Part shown: positions 26,501-35,230 of the stretch, piece after piece | Numbering within the stretch: the first letter of the stretch is position 1 | Layout of the letters: each line of letters opens with the position of its first letter | Assembly: GCA_913048125.1 (NCBI GenBank) | Contig: CAJWWL010000003.1 | Location: 1 to 36,988, forward strand | DNA: 36,988 nucleotides | Origin: an uncultured Opitutia bacterium | GTDB taxonomy: Bacteria; Verrucomicrobiota; Verrucomicrobiia; Opitutales; JABJCN01 | Direction of reading: 5' to 3' | Program-made: the position numbers and the translations under genes | The notes under the pieces: generated by a model | Seen by the model: only the letters and a program-made list of their open reading frames with translations | Database searches by the model: none | Told to the model about the DNA's origin: nothing

Positions 26501-28045
26501 ATGTCCGAGCCGAGTTTTCAGCGCAGTAACTCCTGGCCGCTAATTGCCTTCTTCTCCATTGCGGTACTAGTCGTACTTGTTGTGGTAATGCGGAGTCCTA
26601 CTTCGAATTCAATAAATGCAGATGGGGCTAGGGAGTTAAGAGTCTACTGTGCTGCCTGTGTCCGGCTTGCAGTTGAGGAGGCAGCCCGCCAGTTCGAGAA
26701 AGAGCTCGGGGTGAGAGTTGTTCTAGAATATGCCAATAGCGGAGTTTTGGCCAATCGGCTCAAGACTGATCGTGAGGGTGGCTTATCTACTGCCGACGTG
26801 TACATACCCGCTGATTTTTCATTCACTGAACGAGCACAGGCAGAAGGTTTAACTGCTGAAGCTCTACGCGTTGCAACATGGAAAGTCGTACTTGGTGTGA
26901 AGCCAGGACTCGACCTTGGGATTTCCAATTGTGATGAGGTACTGGATAAGAATATCTCTTTCGTACTTTGTGACCCGTTGGCCGGGGTAGGTCGGAAGAC
27001 GAAAAAGATGTTGGTGAACTCTGGACACTGGGAGGCGATTGATGCAGCCAAGGCTTCATCCTTTCCCACGGTTACTGAAGCAGCTTTGGCTGTGAAGGAG
27101 AATGTAGGTACGCAAGCCGCATTTGTTTGGGATTCTACGGCTCGTCAGCATGGTTTGCAGGTCTTGGAATTACCCGAGCTTAAGGCTAGTAAGGCTGATA
27201 TCTCTGCTGCAGTGGCTTCAGCTAGTGAGCAACCCGCGTTGGCTTTGCAGTTTCTTCGATACCTTGCGGCACCTCAAAAAGGTGGGCAGGTTTTTGCACG
27301 TCACAAGTACACACCTTTTCCAGGAGATCCTTGGTCTTTACGACCTAGACTCCGCGTGGATTGTGGGGGTGTTAACCGGGAGGCTGTACAAAAGACCATT
27401 GCCGAATTTGAGCAGCGAGAGGGTTGTGATGTGGATGTTGTTTACGCTGGTTGCGGTACACTGGTTGGCAAGATGCAGACTGGTGACCAGGGGTTACCTG
27501 ATCTTTTTGTAACCTGTGATGCCAGCTATCTTGATAAGGCTCAGGACGCGATGGGCAGTCCATTTGGTCCAGACTTGAAAGTCTCCAGCACGCGTATCGT
27601 GATGCTTGTAGCTAAGGGGAATCCCTTGGGCATTCTAAGGTTGGAGGATTTGGCTAAGGTGGGTCTTCGCCTTGGCACTACAGATCCTCAGGCAAGTACA
27701 CTTGGAGCATTAAGTCATGAGCTTATTCGTGAAACTGGTAAATTTGCACAAGTTGAGTCTAACATCACCATGATGGCAGATACTGCCCACACGCTCATTC
27801 AGAGTATGGAGGCAGGAGAAAAGCTGGATGTAGTTATGGTTTACGAGGCCAATATTCAGCACTTGAAGGATCGCTTTGATTACGTTCCATTGAAGCAACC
27901 TCGGGCAATCGCTGTGCAGAATGTAGCAGCCAGCAAGATATCTGAATATCCTCAATTGGCCCAGCGTTTCATGAATCGATTGGTGTCAGAGATTTCACGC
28001 CACCGTTTTGAGCAACTCGGATTTCAGTGGGTCGCCGAGAAATGA
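26501..28045 (+). CDS. modA: Tandem-duplicated ModA-like (molybdate/tungstate-type) ABC substrate-binding protein with N-terminal membrane anchor
   Basis: Two ModA-like units (LRVYCAAC...EYANSGVL...ADVYIPAD...FVWDS; LRVDCGGV...YAGCGTL...PDLFVTCD...KGNPLGI...VVMVYE). Hydrophobic N-terminal helix without a lipobox. Substrate not proven. Confidence 0.75.
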   Translation: MSEPSFQRSNSWPLIAFFSIAVLVVLVVVMRSPTSNSINADGARELRVYCAACVRLAVEEAARQFEKELGVRVVLEYANSGVLANRLKTDREGGLSTADVYIPADFSFTERAQAEGLTAEALRVATWKVVLGVKPGLDLGISNCDEVLDKNISFVLCDPLAGVGRKTKKMLVNSGHWEAIDAAKASSFPTVTEAALAVKENVGTQAAFVWDSTARQHGLQVLELPELKASKADISAAVASASEQPALALQFLRYLAAPQKGGQVFARHKYTPFPGDPWSLRPRLRVDCGGVNREAVQKTIAEFEQREGCDVDVVYAGCGTLVGKMQTGDQGLPDLFVTCDASYLDKAQDAMGSPFGPDLKVSSTRIVMLVAKGNPLGILRLEDLAKVGLRLGTTDPQASTLGALSHELIRETGKFAQVESNITMMADTAHTLIQSMEAGEKLDVVMVYEANIQHLKDRFDYVPLKQPRAIAVQNVAASKISEYPQLAQRFMNRLVSEISRHRFEQLGFQWVAEK

Positions 28046-29307
28046 GTGGAGCTGAAGACAACTATCGAGTTTCTTCTGACCGACCATTTCTTCTAGTTCT
28101 TGCCGTCCTTGGTGGTAGCTACTTGTTTCTTATCGCAGCCATGGTTGTGGCTGATCTAATATTTTTAGACTACCGTGACCGTCCTGTTTTTGGGCCTGAA
28201 ATTGTCGAAGCTAGCCGCTATCCCGGAGATGCTTCTGGAGTAAAAATCACTTTGGAGTCTTCTCGCCGTTACTACTATCAAGGTGGACGAAACGAATTGG
28301 GGTTCCGGATGGGTGGAAATCTAATCAAAAAGGACGGTGTTTTTGATGCAGTTGAAGAAGAGGTTTTGTTAGTTTCAGAGACTCCCGAAGGGGCGGTCAC
28401 AGCTTCCTTTCGTCCTGAGGTGCGGGTAGTTGGTATCCAACTACATGAGGGGGTGGCCACTTTGCGTATGGATTTGCCTCACGGTTTGCTATGGGGCGAG
28501 TTCATACGTGTGCGGGATTCTGGATCTGAGTTCTGGGATGGTGTTCATGAAATCACAGATACCACACAGGATGAGCTTTCCTTTGTTGTCGGAGAGCAGA
28601 GCAAGATTGTGAATGCCCTCTCACTCAGCCGTCCAAACCCTCTCATACAAGCTCTCAGAAGTAGGGATATACAATTTTCGATCAAGCTGAGCCTAGTTAG
28701 TTGCACGGTGACAACACTACTTTCACTTTGGGTAGCCATTCCGATCGGATATCTCATGAGTCGTTTCACCTTTCGTGGAAAAGCCTTTGTGGATACTTTA
28801 TTGGATATACCTGTTGTCTTGCCTCCACTTGTGGTCGGCCTGAGTTTACTTATCCTTTTCCGCTATGTCCCAGACTGGCTCAGCGATGCAGTAGTCTATA
28901 AGTGGCCCGCAGTTGTGTTGGCACAGTTCATGGTAGCCTGTGCCTTTGCCGTGCGTACAATGCGGGTGACTTTTGACCAGATTTCACAGCGATACGAACA
29001 GGTGGCATTGACTCTAGGTTGCAACCGACAGCAAGCATTTTGGAGAGTTGTCCTTCCACAGGCTCGAGGTGGTGTTTTAGCTGCGGGAACACTGGCCTGG
29101 GCTAGAGCACTTGGTGAGTTTGGCCCCATATTAGTATTTGCTGGTGCAACTCGCCAAAAGACGGAAGTTTTACCCACTAGTGCGTTTCTAGAACTTCAAG
29201 CTGGTCGAACGGAGGGAATGCTAGCCGTCTCTTTGATCATGATTGCCACAGCGGCTCTAGTTTTTGTCGTCGCGCGAACCTTTGGGATGAAAAGGATTTT
29301 TTCATGA
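28042..29307 (+). CDS. modB: ModB/CysT-type ABC permease with a ~155-aa inserted soluble domain
   Basis: LLDIPVVLPPLVVGLSLL, EAA-like loop YEQVALTLG, WARALGEFG. ATGA overlap with the modA stop (start moved to 28042). Confidence 0.85.
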   Translation: MSGAEDNYRVSSDRPFLLVLAVLGGSYLFLIAAMVVADLIFLDYRDRPVFGPEIVEASRYPGDASGVKITLESSRRYYYQGGRNELGFRMGGNLIKKDGVFDAVEEEVLLVSETPEGAVTASFRPEVRVVGIQLHEGVATLRMDLPHGLLWGEFIRVRDSGSEFWDGVHEITDTTQDELSFVVGEQSKIVNALSLSRPNPLIQALRSRDIQFSIKLSLVSCTVTTLLSLWVAIPIGYLMSRFTFRGKAFVDTLLDIPVVLPPLVVGLSLLILFRYVPDWLSDAVVYKWPAVVLAQFMVACAFAVRTMRVTFDQISQRYEQVALTLGCNRQQAFWRVVLPQARGGVLAAGTLAWARALGEFGPILVFAGATRQKTEVLPTSAFLELQAGRTEGMLAVSLIMIATAALVFVVARTFGMKRIFS

Positions 29308-29957
29308 TTGCGGTAGACAATCTTTCTATTCGGCAGGGTGACTTTTTGTTGGACGGAGTTTCGCTTGAGCTCTCCGATGGTGAATATGGTGTGTTGATGG
29401 GCCGTAGTGGTTGTGGTAAGACCACTGTATTAGAAGCAATCTGTGGACTTCGACCCATCATAGGTGGACGCATCCTTCTTGGTGGTCGCGATGTTTCTGT
29501 TTTACCACCAGCAGAGAGAGGCATTGGCTATGTTCCTCAAGATGGAGCTTTGTTTCCCGATATGCCGGTTTGGGAGCAGTTGGCATTCTCAATGCTCATT
29601 CGAAAAATACCAAAATCCCAAGTGGAGGCTCGTGTTCGAGAATTAGCTAAAGATCTTGGTATCACTCATTTGCTCGAGCGTCTGCCAGTTGGTCTTAGTG
29701 GAGGAGAAAGGCAACGGGTGGCTCTTGGACGAGCATTGGCTGTTAAGCCACGTTTCCTGTGTATGGATGAGCCTTTGAGTGCTCTGGATGAGGATATCCT
29801 TGAAGAAATCTGTGAGTTGTTTACGCAAACTATCAAAAAGGAAAACGTGACCGCCTTGCATATTACCCACAGCAAAGCCGAGGCGGCTCGTCTCGGTGAT
29901 ACTCTCTTTCATTTAGTTGGTGGCCAACTTCAGAAAGTAGGACCAAACGAGGAATGA
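29304..29957 (+). CDS. modC: ModC-like ABC ATPase without C-terminal TOBE domain
   Basis: Walker A GRSGCGKT, Q-loop GYVPQD, signature LSGGERQR, Walker B/D-loop MDEPLSALD, H-loop ITH. Only 217 aa. Confidence 0.88.
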   Translation: MIAVDNLSIRQGDFLLDGVSLELSDGEYGVLMGRSGCGKTTVLEAICGLRPIIGGRILLGGRDVSVLPPAERGIGYVPQDGALFPDMPVWEQLAFSMLIRKIPKSQVEARVRELAKDLGITHLLERLPVGLSGGERQRVALGRALAVKPRFLCMDEPLSALDEDILEEICELFTQTIKKENVTALHITHSKAEAARLGDTLFHLVGGQLQKVGPNEE

Positions 29958-30229
29958 AGGTACGGTTTCAGCTATGGGGTCAACTACGTAAGGCGGCTGG
30001 AATACCCGCTCCTGAAGTAGAATTAAGTTTTGGTAGTGTAGCCGCGGATGCAATCAAGGTTTTGGCAGATGATTTTCCTGACCTGCAGTCAATTCTCTTG
30101 GATGATGGGGGAGAAGTACGTCCCATTATCCTCGTATTTCGTGATGGTCAGCAATTGGAACCTCATGATTCAGAGCCGTTGTCAGAGGGCTCCGAATTGA
30201 CGTTGATGTCTCCAATCGCGGGAGGATGA
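29954..30229 (+). CDS. MoaD/ThiS family ubiquitin-like sulfur carrier protein
   Basis: 91 aa with beta-grasp pattern MKVRFQLWGQLRKAAG and C-terminal PIAGG. ATGA overlap with modC. Confidence 0.9.
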   Translation: MKVRFQLWGQLRKAAGIPAPEVELSFGSVAADAIKVLADDFPDLQSILLDDGGEVRPIILVFRDGQQLEPHDSEPLSEGSELTLMSPIAGG

Positions 30230-30230
30230 C

Positions 30231-30983
30231 ATGCTCACAAATGCTGAAAAAGCCATTTATGAGTGGCAGATGTGGGTGCCTGGTATTGGCGAGGAAGGTC
30301 AGCAGAAGCTTAAGGATGCCACCGTATTGATTTCTCGCTGTGGTGGTTTGGGCGGTTTGGTTGCCTATGAGTTGGCCGCGGCAGGTGTTGGTAAGCTTGT
30401 TATCGCTCATGCTGGTAACGTAAAGCCCAGTGACTTACACCGACAGCTTCTGATGACGGCAGACTGGGTTGGTAAGCCACGGATCGATTCTATAGCGAGA
30501 CGCTTGAGTGATTTGAATCCAAGAGTCGAGGTGGTTGGGATTCCTGAAAATATATCTGAAGACAATGTGTCGAAACTCGTGGGCAGAGCCGACGTTGTAG
30601 TCGATTGTGCTCCATTGTTTGAAGAGCGTCTTCTACTCAACCGTGAGTCTGTGCGTCAGTCAAAACCCATGGTTGAGTGTGCGATGTATGAATTACAGTT
30701 TCACATTACGACATTCCTTCCCAGTAAATCACCATGCCTTGCCTGTCTGCACCCCGAAGCGCCTTCTCATTGGAAGCGGAAATTTCCTGTCTTTGGCGCA
30801 GTATCTGGTACGGTTGGATGCATGGGGGCAATGGAAACCATAAAGCTGATTACGGGCATCGGAGAACCACTTACTGGCAGTTTGCTCTCCATGGATCTAC
30901 GTGATTTTCAGGTTATGAAGACAAAAATTGCCCGCAGAAAAGATTGCACCGTCTGCGCAGATGCTGACTTTGGAGCCGAATAA
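30231..30983 (+). CDS. HesA-like ThiF/MoeB/E1 family protein with degenerate adenylation motifs
   Basis: GEEGQQKLKDATVL, GGLG, LAAAGVGKL, LHRQLLMTADWVGKPR (HesA-like), Zn-binding CLAC and CTVC. Confidence 0.85.
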   Translation: MLTNAEKAIYEWQMWVPGIGEEGQQKLKDATVLISRCGGLGGLVAYELAAAGVGKLVIAHAGNVKPSDLHRQLLMTADWVGKPRIDSIARRLSDLNPRVEVVGIPENISEDNVSKLVGRADVVVDCAPLFEERLLLNRESVRQSKPMVECAMYELQFHITTFLPSKSPCLACLHPEAPSHWKRKFPVFGAVSGTVGCMGAMETIKLITGIGEPLTGSLLSMDLRDFQVMKTKIARRKDCTVCADADFGAE

Positions 30984-30995
30984 ATTTTTTTGAAT

Positions 30996-32153
30996 ATGGA
31001 TAACGAGCAACTGAATCGCTACAGTCGGCACATTCTTCTTCCCGAAATGGGAGTGGAGGGACAGGAAAAACTGCTTGCGGCCAAAGTATTGCTGGTGGGC
31101 GCAGGCGGCTTGGGTTGTCCTGCGGCATTGTATCTTGCTGCGGCAGGTGTAGGTCGCATTGGTATCATCGATTTCGACAAGGTAGACGCCTCCAATCTCC
31201 AGCGCCAAGTCCTCTACTCAACAGCGGATATCGGTAAGTACAAAGTGGATGTGGCTAAGGAGCGTATTCAGGCGTTAAATCCAGATGTCCAAGTGGATTG
31301 CATTCGTGAACGCTTGAATTCTGACAATGCGCTAGAACTTTTTAGTCAGTATGATCTTGTAGTGGACGGTACAGATAACTTTGCGACCCGTTATCTTGTA
31401 AATGACGCCTGTGTTCTAACCGGTACGCCCAACATCTATGGAAGTATCTTCCGTTTTGAGGGACAGATGACCATATACGCTCACCCAGAAGGGCCTTGCT
31501 ATCGTTGTTTATTTCCCGAACCACCTAGCCCCGGGGAGGTGCCGAATTGTGCGGAAGGTGGGGTGCTTGGAGTCCTGCCTGGAATGGTTGGTGTTGCCCA
31601 GGCTACCGAGGCGATCAAGCTGATTCTTGGTCAGGGTCAACCTCTTTTAAACCGAATGCTTATCTACGATGCCCTAGAGATGAGATGGAAGGAACTTAAG
31701 ATTAAACGTGATCCACATTGTCCAGTCTGCGGGGATAAGCCTAGTGTAACTGAACTGATTGATTACGAGGCGTTCTGTGGAGGCGCCAAACAAGAACCAG
31801 AAGTTGAAGAGGTTTTGCCTGAAGATGGTATTGTGCAATTGGATGTCGGTTCAGCAGCAAAGATGCTGGAGCAATCTGAACCACCTACGCTTGTAGATGT
31901 GCGAACGGACATGGAATGGCAGATTGCTCGAATCTCCGGAGCGAGGCTGATCCCGCTTCAAGAGTTCGGTGAGCGCTGGCGGGAATTAGATGGATTGCAA
32001 GATCATCCTATTATCCTTCAGTGCCATCATGGGATGCGAAGCTATCAAGCTGCAATGTTCCTTAAAGAAAAAGGATTCAATACGCTCTATAATTTAGTTG
32101 GGGGTATTGATTCTTGGTCCGAACAGATCGATCCAGAGGTAGCTCGCTACTGA
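30996..32153 (+). CDS. moeB: MoeB/MoeZ-type adenylyltransferase/sulfurtransferase (ThiF domain + rhodanese)
   Basis: RYSRH, GAGGLG, DFDKVDASNLQRQ, DGTDNF, CYRC, NCAEGGVLG, CPVC; rhodanese DVR...CHHGMRS...GGIDSW. ATG 30996 preferred over TTG 30990. Confidence 0.93.
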   Translation: MDNEQLNRYSRHILLPEMGVEGQEKLLAAKVLLVGAGGLGCPAALYLAAAGVGRIGIIDFDKVDASNLQRQVLYSTADIGKYKVDVAKERIQALNPDVQVDCIRERLNSDNALELFSQYDLVVDGTDNFATRYLVNDACVLTGTPNIYGSIFRFEGQMTIYAHPEGPCYRCLFPEPPSPGEVPNCAEGGVLGVLPGMVGVAQATEAIKLILGQGQPLLNRMLIYDALEMRWKELKIKRDPHCPVCGDKPSVTELIDYEAFCGGAKQEPEVEEVLPEDGIVQLDVGSAAKMLEQSEPPTLVDVRTDMEWQIARISGARLIPLQEFGERWRELDGLQDHPIILQCHHGMRSYQAAMFLKEKGFNTLYNLVGGIDSWSEQIDPEVARY

Positions 32154-32159
32154 TATCAA

Positions 32160-33635
32160 ATGTTCGAGCAAGTACTGACAATTGAAGGCTTTTGCCTCGT
32201 AGCGCTTGGGACACTTCTCGGTATCACGGTTGGTGCAGTGCCGGGACTGACAGGCGCAATGCTGATTTCGTTGTCCTTGCCTCTGACCTTCTCGATGGAA
32301 GGAACCTCTGCGATGCTTTTGCTGGTCTCAATGTATGTGGGCGCGGTCAGTGGTGGTTTGATTTCAGCAACTTTATTGAGGATGCCTGGTACACCTGCCT
32401 CGGTTATGACGACTCTCGATGGTTATCCTATGGCTCGTCAGGGAAAAGCCAGACGAGCTCTCGTGCTAGGAGCAGGCGCATCTCTGTTTGGAGGTTTGAT
32501 TTCGTGGGGTTTTCTTGTGCTATTGGCAAAGCCGGTCTCTGAGTTATCGACTCGTTTTGGACCGTTTGAATTCTTTTCTTTGGTTCTCATGGCTTTAGCG
32601 ATGATTGCTGGTTTAGGCGGGTCCAGTGGTGTTCTTCGCGGTTTGTTTGCAGGGGCATTGGGAATGCTGGCCGCCATGCCTGGTTTATCCCCAGCAACTG
32701 GTGACCCTCGGTGGACATTTGGTATACCAGCCATGTCCGACGGCTTTAAGCTATTGCCAGTACTCATCGGTTTATTTGCCATTAATCAGGTACTCCGAGA
32801 ACTTCTCGGCCTTGCGGGTAAACCTGAGGAGTTAGGAGGTCAGTCCGAAAGAAGTATGCCTAGAGTGGGGGACTGGTTTCGACAGGTGGGGAACATGCTT
32901 CGTTCATCTTGCATTGGGACTTGGGTAGGTATTCTTCCTGGTGCAGGTGCCAATGTGGGTTCGGTCCTTGCGTACTCTGCGGCCAAGGGTATGTCGAAGC
33001 AGTCGGATAAGTTCGGCACTGGTTGTGACGAAGGTGTGGTTGCCTCAGAGTCGGCTAATAATGCCACTGTGGGAGGTGCCTTGATTCCTCTTGTAGCTAT
33101 GGGTATACCGGGAAGTCTAATTGATGCTATTCTCCTAGGAGCCTTTGTCTTACATGGGTTACAGCCCGGGCCATTACTTTTTCAAAACCATCCCGAAGTT
33201 GTGGACTCGATTTTGGGTGCTGCCTTGGTGGCCAATCTACTGATGTTCGCAATCATGTTCTGGTTGGCGCGTTGGATTGCCAAGCTGGCCTTTGCCCCAA
33301 GAGCTGTGCTTCTCCCAATGGTAGTCGTTTGCAGTGTGGTGGGTGCCTTTGCATTATCCAATCGTATGTTCGACGTCTGGGTTATGCTGGCCTTCGGTCT
33401 AGTGGGTTTCGTCCTTGAGCGCGGACGCATTCCCTTGGCACCATTTGTTATCGGCTTCGTGCTGGCACCGATTGCAGAGGAAAACCTTGCTGCGGGTCTC
33501 ATGGCCTCAGGAGGAAGTCTTGCTCCTATGTTTACACGTCCCGTCTCCCTTTTATTTATAATTGCGGCAGTCGGCCTGCTACTTGGCCCGATCTTGCTTC
33601 AGCGAAGAAAACTTGTTCCAACCAAAGAAGCCTAA
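32160..33635 (+). CDS. tctA: Tripartite tricarboxylate transporter large permease (TctA family)
   Basis: GAVPGL, MPGTPASVMTTLDGYPMARQG, GILPGAG, ESANNA, GIPGS, PGP; highly hydrophobic. Confidence 0.9.
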   Translation: MFEQVLTIEGFCLVALGTLLGITVGAVPGLTGAMLISLSLPLTFSMEGTSAMLLLVSMYVGAVSGGLISATLLRMPGTPASVMTTLDGYPMARQGKARRALVLGAGASLFGGLISWGFLVLLAKPVSELSTRFGPFEFFSLVLMALAMIAGLGGSSGVLRGLFAGALGMLAAMPGLSPATGDPRWTFGIPAMSDGFKLLPVLIGLFAINQVLRELLGLAGKPEELGGQSERSMPRVGDWFRQVGNMLRSSCIGTWVGILPGAGANVGSVLAYSAAKGMSKQSDKFGTGCDEGVVASESANNATVGGALIPLVAMGIPGSLIDAILLGAFVLHGLQPGPLLFQNHPEVVDSILGAALVANLLMFAIMFWLARWIAKLAFAPRAVLLPMVVVCSVVGAFALSNRMFDVWVMLAFGLVGFVLERGRIPLAPFVIGFVLAPIAEENLAAGLMASGGSLAPMFTRPVSLLFIIAAVGLLLGPILLQRRKLVPTKEA

Positions 33636-35035
33636 TGAATGCGAAACGCCCAAACCTTCTATGGTATTGTACTGACCAACAACGATTTGACACCATACGT
33701 GCCCTCGGAAACGAGTATGTCCGCACGCCTGTTCTGGATCAACTCGTGTCTCAGGGTACCGCTTTTACTTATGCATATTGTCAAAGTCCTATCTGTACCC
33801 CGAGTCGTTCGAGCTTTATGACTGGGCTCTATCCGTCGCGGCTACACAACACTCGCAACGGGAACGACACTTTTCCTGAAGGCCCTGAATTGATATCCAA
33901 GCTTTTAGCTGATGCTGGCTATGATTGTGGTCTCGTAGGCAAATTCCACCTTGTGAGTGCAGGTAAGCGTACCGAGCCGCGTCTCGATGATGGTTTTCGT
34001 TACTGGAAACATAGCCATGCCCCTAGAGATGATTGGCCCGAAGGCCACGACTATGCTGAATGGGTCAGAGAAAAGGGGGGAGACCTAGATGCACTGCGCA
34101 ATGATCCCGACCGGGTTCCTCGAGAATTTCACCAGACGACTTGGGCAACCGATCGCTCCATCGAATTCATACAGCAAGAACGGGAAGGTCCTTGGATGCT
34201 CAATGTGAATGTCTATGACCCGCACCCTCCTTTCATACCGCCCAAAAGTTACGCAGATGAATTCAACGCCGAGGATATGCCCGGACCACATTTTGAGTCT
34301 TCTGAACTCGAGCAACAGGCGCGACTCGCCGATGTGGACTTTCAAAATCAAGTACTAACGCCTGAAGAACATGAGGCTAAGGAAAAGCAGGCACTTTACT
34401 ATGCTATGATTGCGCTGATTGACGATGAGTTCGGTCGTCTTCTGCAGGCACTGGAGGACTCTGGTCAGCGTGATAATACGGTCATCATTTTTACCAGTGA
34501 CCACGGGGAAACGCTTGGTGACCATGGTCTCATGTACAAGGGTTGTCGTTTTTACGAAGGACTCGTCCGCGTACCTCTTATTTTCTCTTGGCCCGGCCAG
34601 TTCGAAACAGACTTACGAAGTGAGGGTCTTGTAGAACTCCTCGATATGAGTGCCACACTACTTGAACTGGGCGGCGTCGACCTGCCAGAATCTTTTCAAG
34701 GTCGTAGCCTTCTTCCCATTCTCAGAGGAGAACAGGATTCTGCTCATTTTCGAGAGTCCGTACGTTGTGAGTACTTCGACGCTTTAGATCCCCACTTCAC
34801 CGGTGGTACTGGTTCTTACGGAACAATGTATCGAAATGAACGCTACAAACTAGTTGTCTACCATGGTAAAGGTCAGGGTGAACTCTACGATCTAGATGAA
34901 GACCCTTGGGAGCACAATAACCTCTGGGATCATCCCGATGCTCAGAGTGTCCGTAACGAACTACTCTACAAGAGCTTCGATGCTCACGTATTGTTAACTA
35001 CTGATGTCGGTTCCCGACGGATTGCTCCTATGTAG
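33635..35035 (+). CDS. Cys-type formylglycine-dependent sulfatase (S1), no signal peptide
   Basis: RPNLL..CTDQQR, CTPSRSSFMTG, GKFH, PHPP, FTSDHGE, ELYDL..DP. TAATG overlap with tctA. Confidence 0.92.
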   Translation: MNAKRPNLLWYCTDQQRFDTIRALGNEYVRTPVLDQLVSQGTAFTYAYCQSPICTPSRSSFMTGLYPSRLHNTRNGNDTFPEGPELISKLLADAGYDCGLVGKFHLVSAGKRTEPRLDDGFRYWKHSHAPRDDWPEGHDYAEWVREKGGDLDALRNDPDRVPREFHQTTWATDRSIEFIQQEREGPWMLNVNVYDPHPPFIPPKSYADEFNAEDMPGPHFESSELEQQARLADVDFQNQVLTPEEHEAKEKQALYYAMIALIDDEFGRLLQALEDSGQRDNTVIIFTSDHGETLGDHGLMYKGCRFYEGLVRVPLIFSWPGQFETDLRSEGLVELLDMSATLLELGGVDLPESFQGRSLLPILRGEQDSAHFRESVRCEYFDALDPHFTGGTGSYGTMYRNERYKLVVYHGKGQGELYDLDEDPWEHNNLWDHPDAQSVRNELLYKSFDAHVLLTTDVGSRRIAPM

Positions 35036-35230
35036 TCTCGGTGAAAAATCTCTTCTCTTGAGCACATAATCTACTCCGAGAATTAAGGACTTCAATTATT
35101 AGGTGATGGGGGTGCATTAAAAACGGCTTTCGCAATCTCAACAGGCACTTGCCGAAGTAGAGATTGTTGCATGACTCGTCTTCTGAATCATCTGGTGTCG
35201 ATTGCTCCATAACTCAAAATAGTAAGCAAT

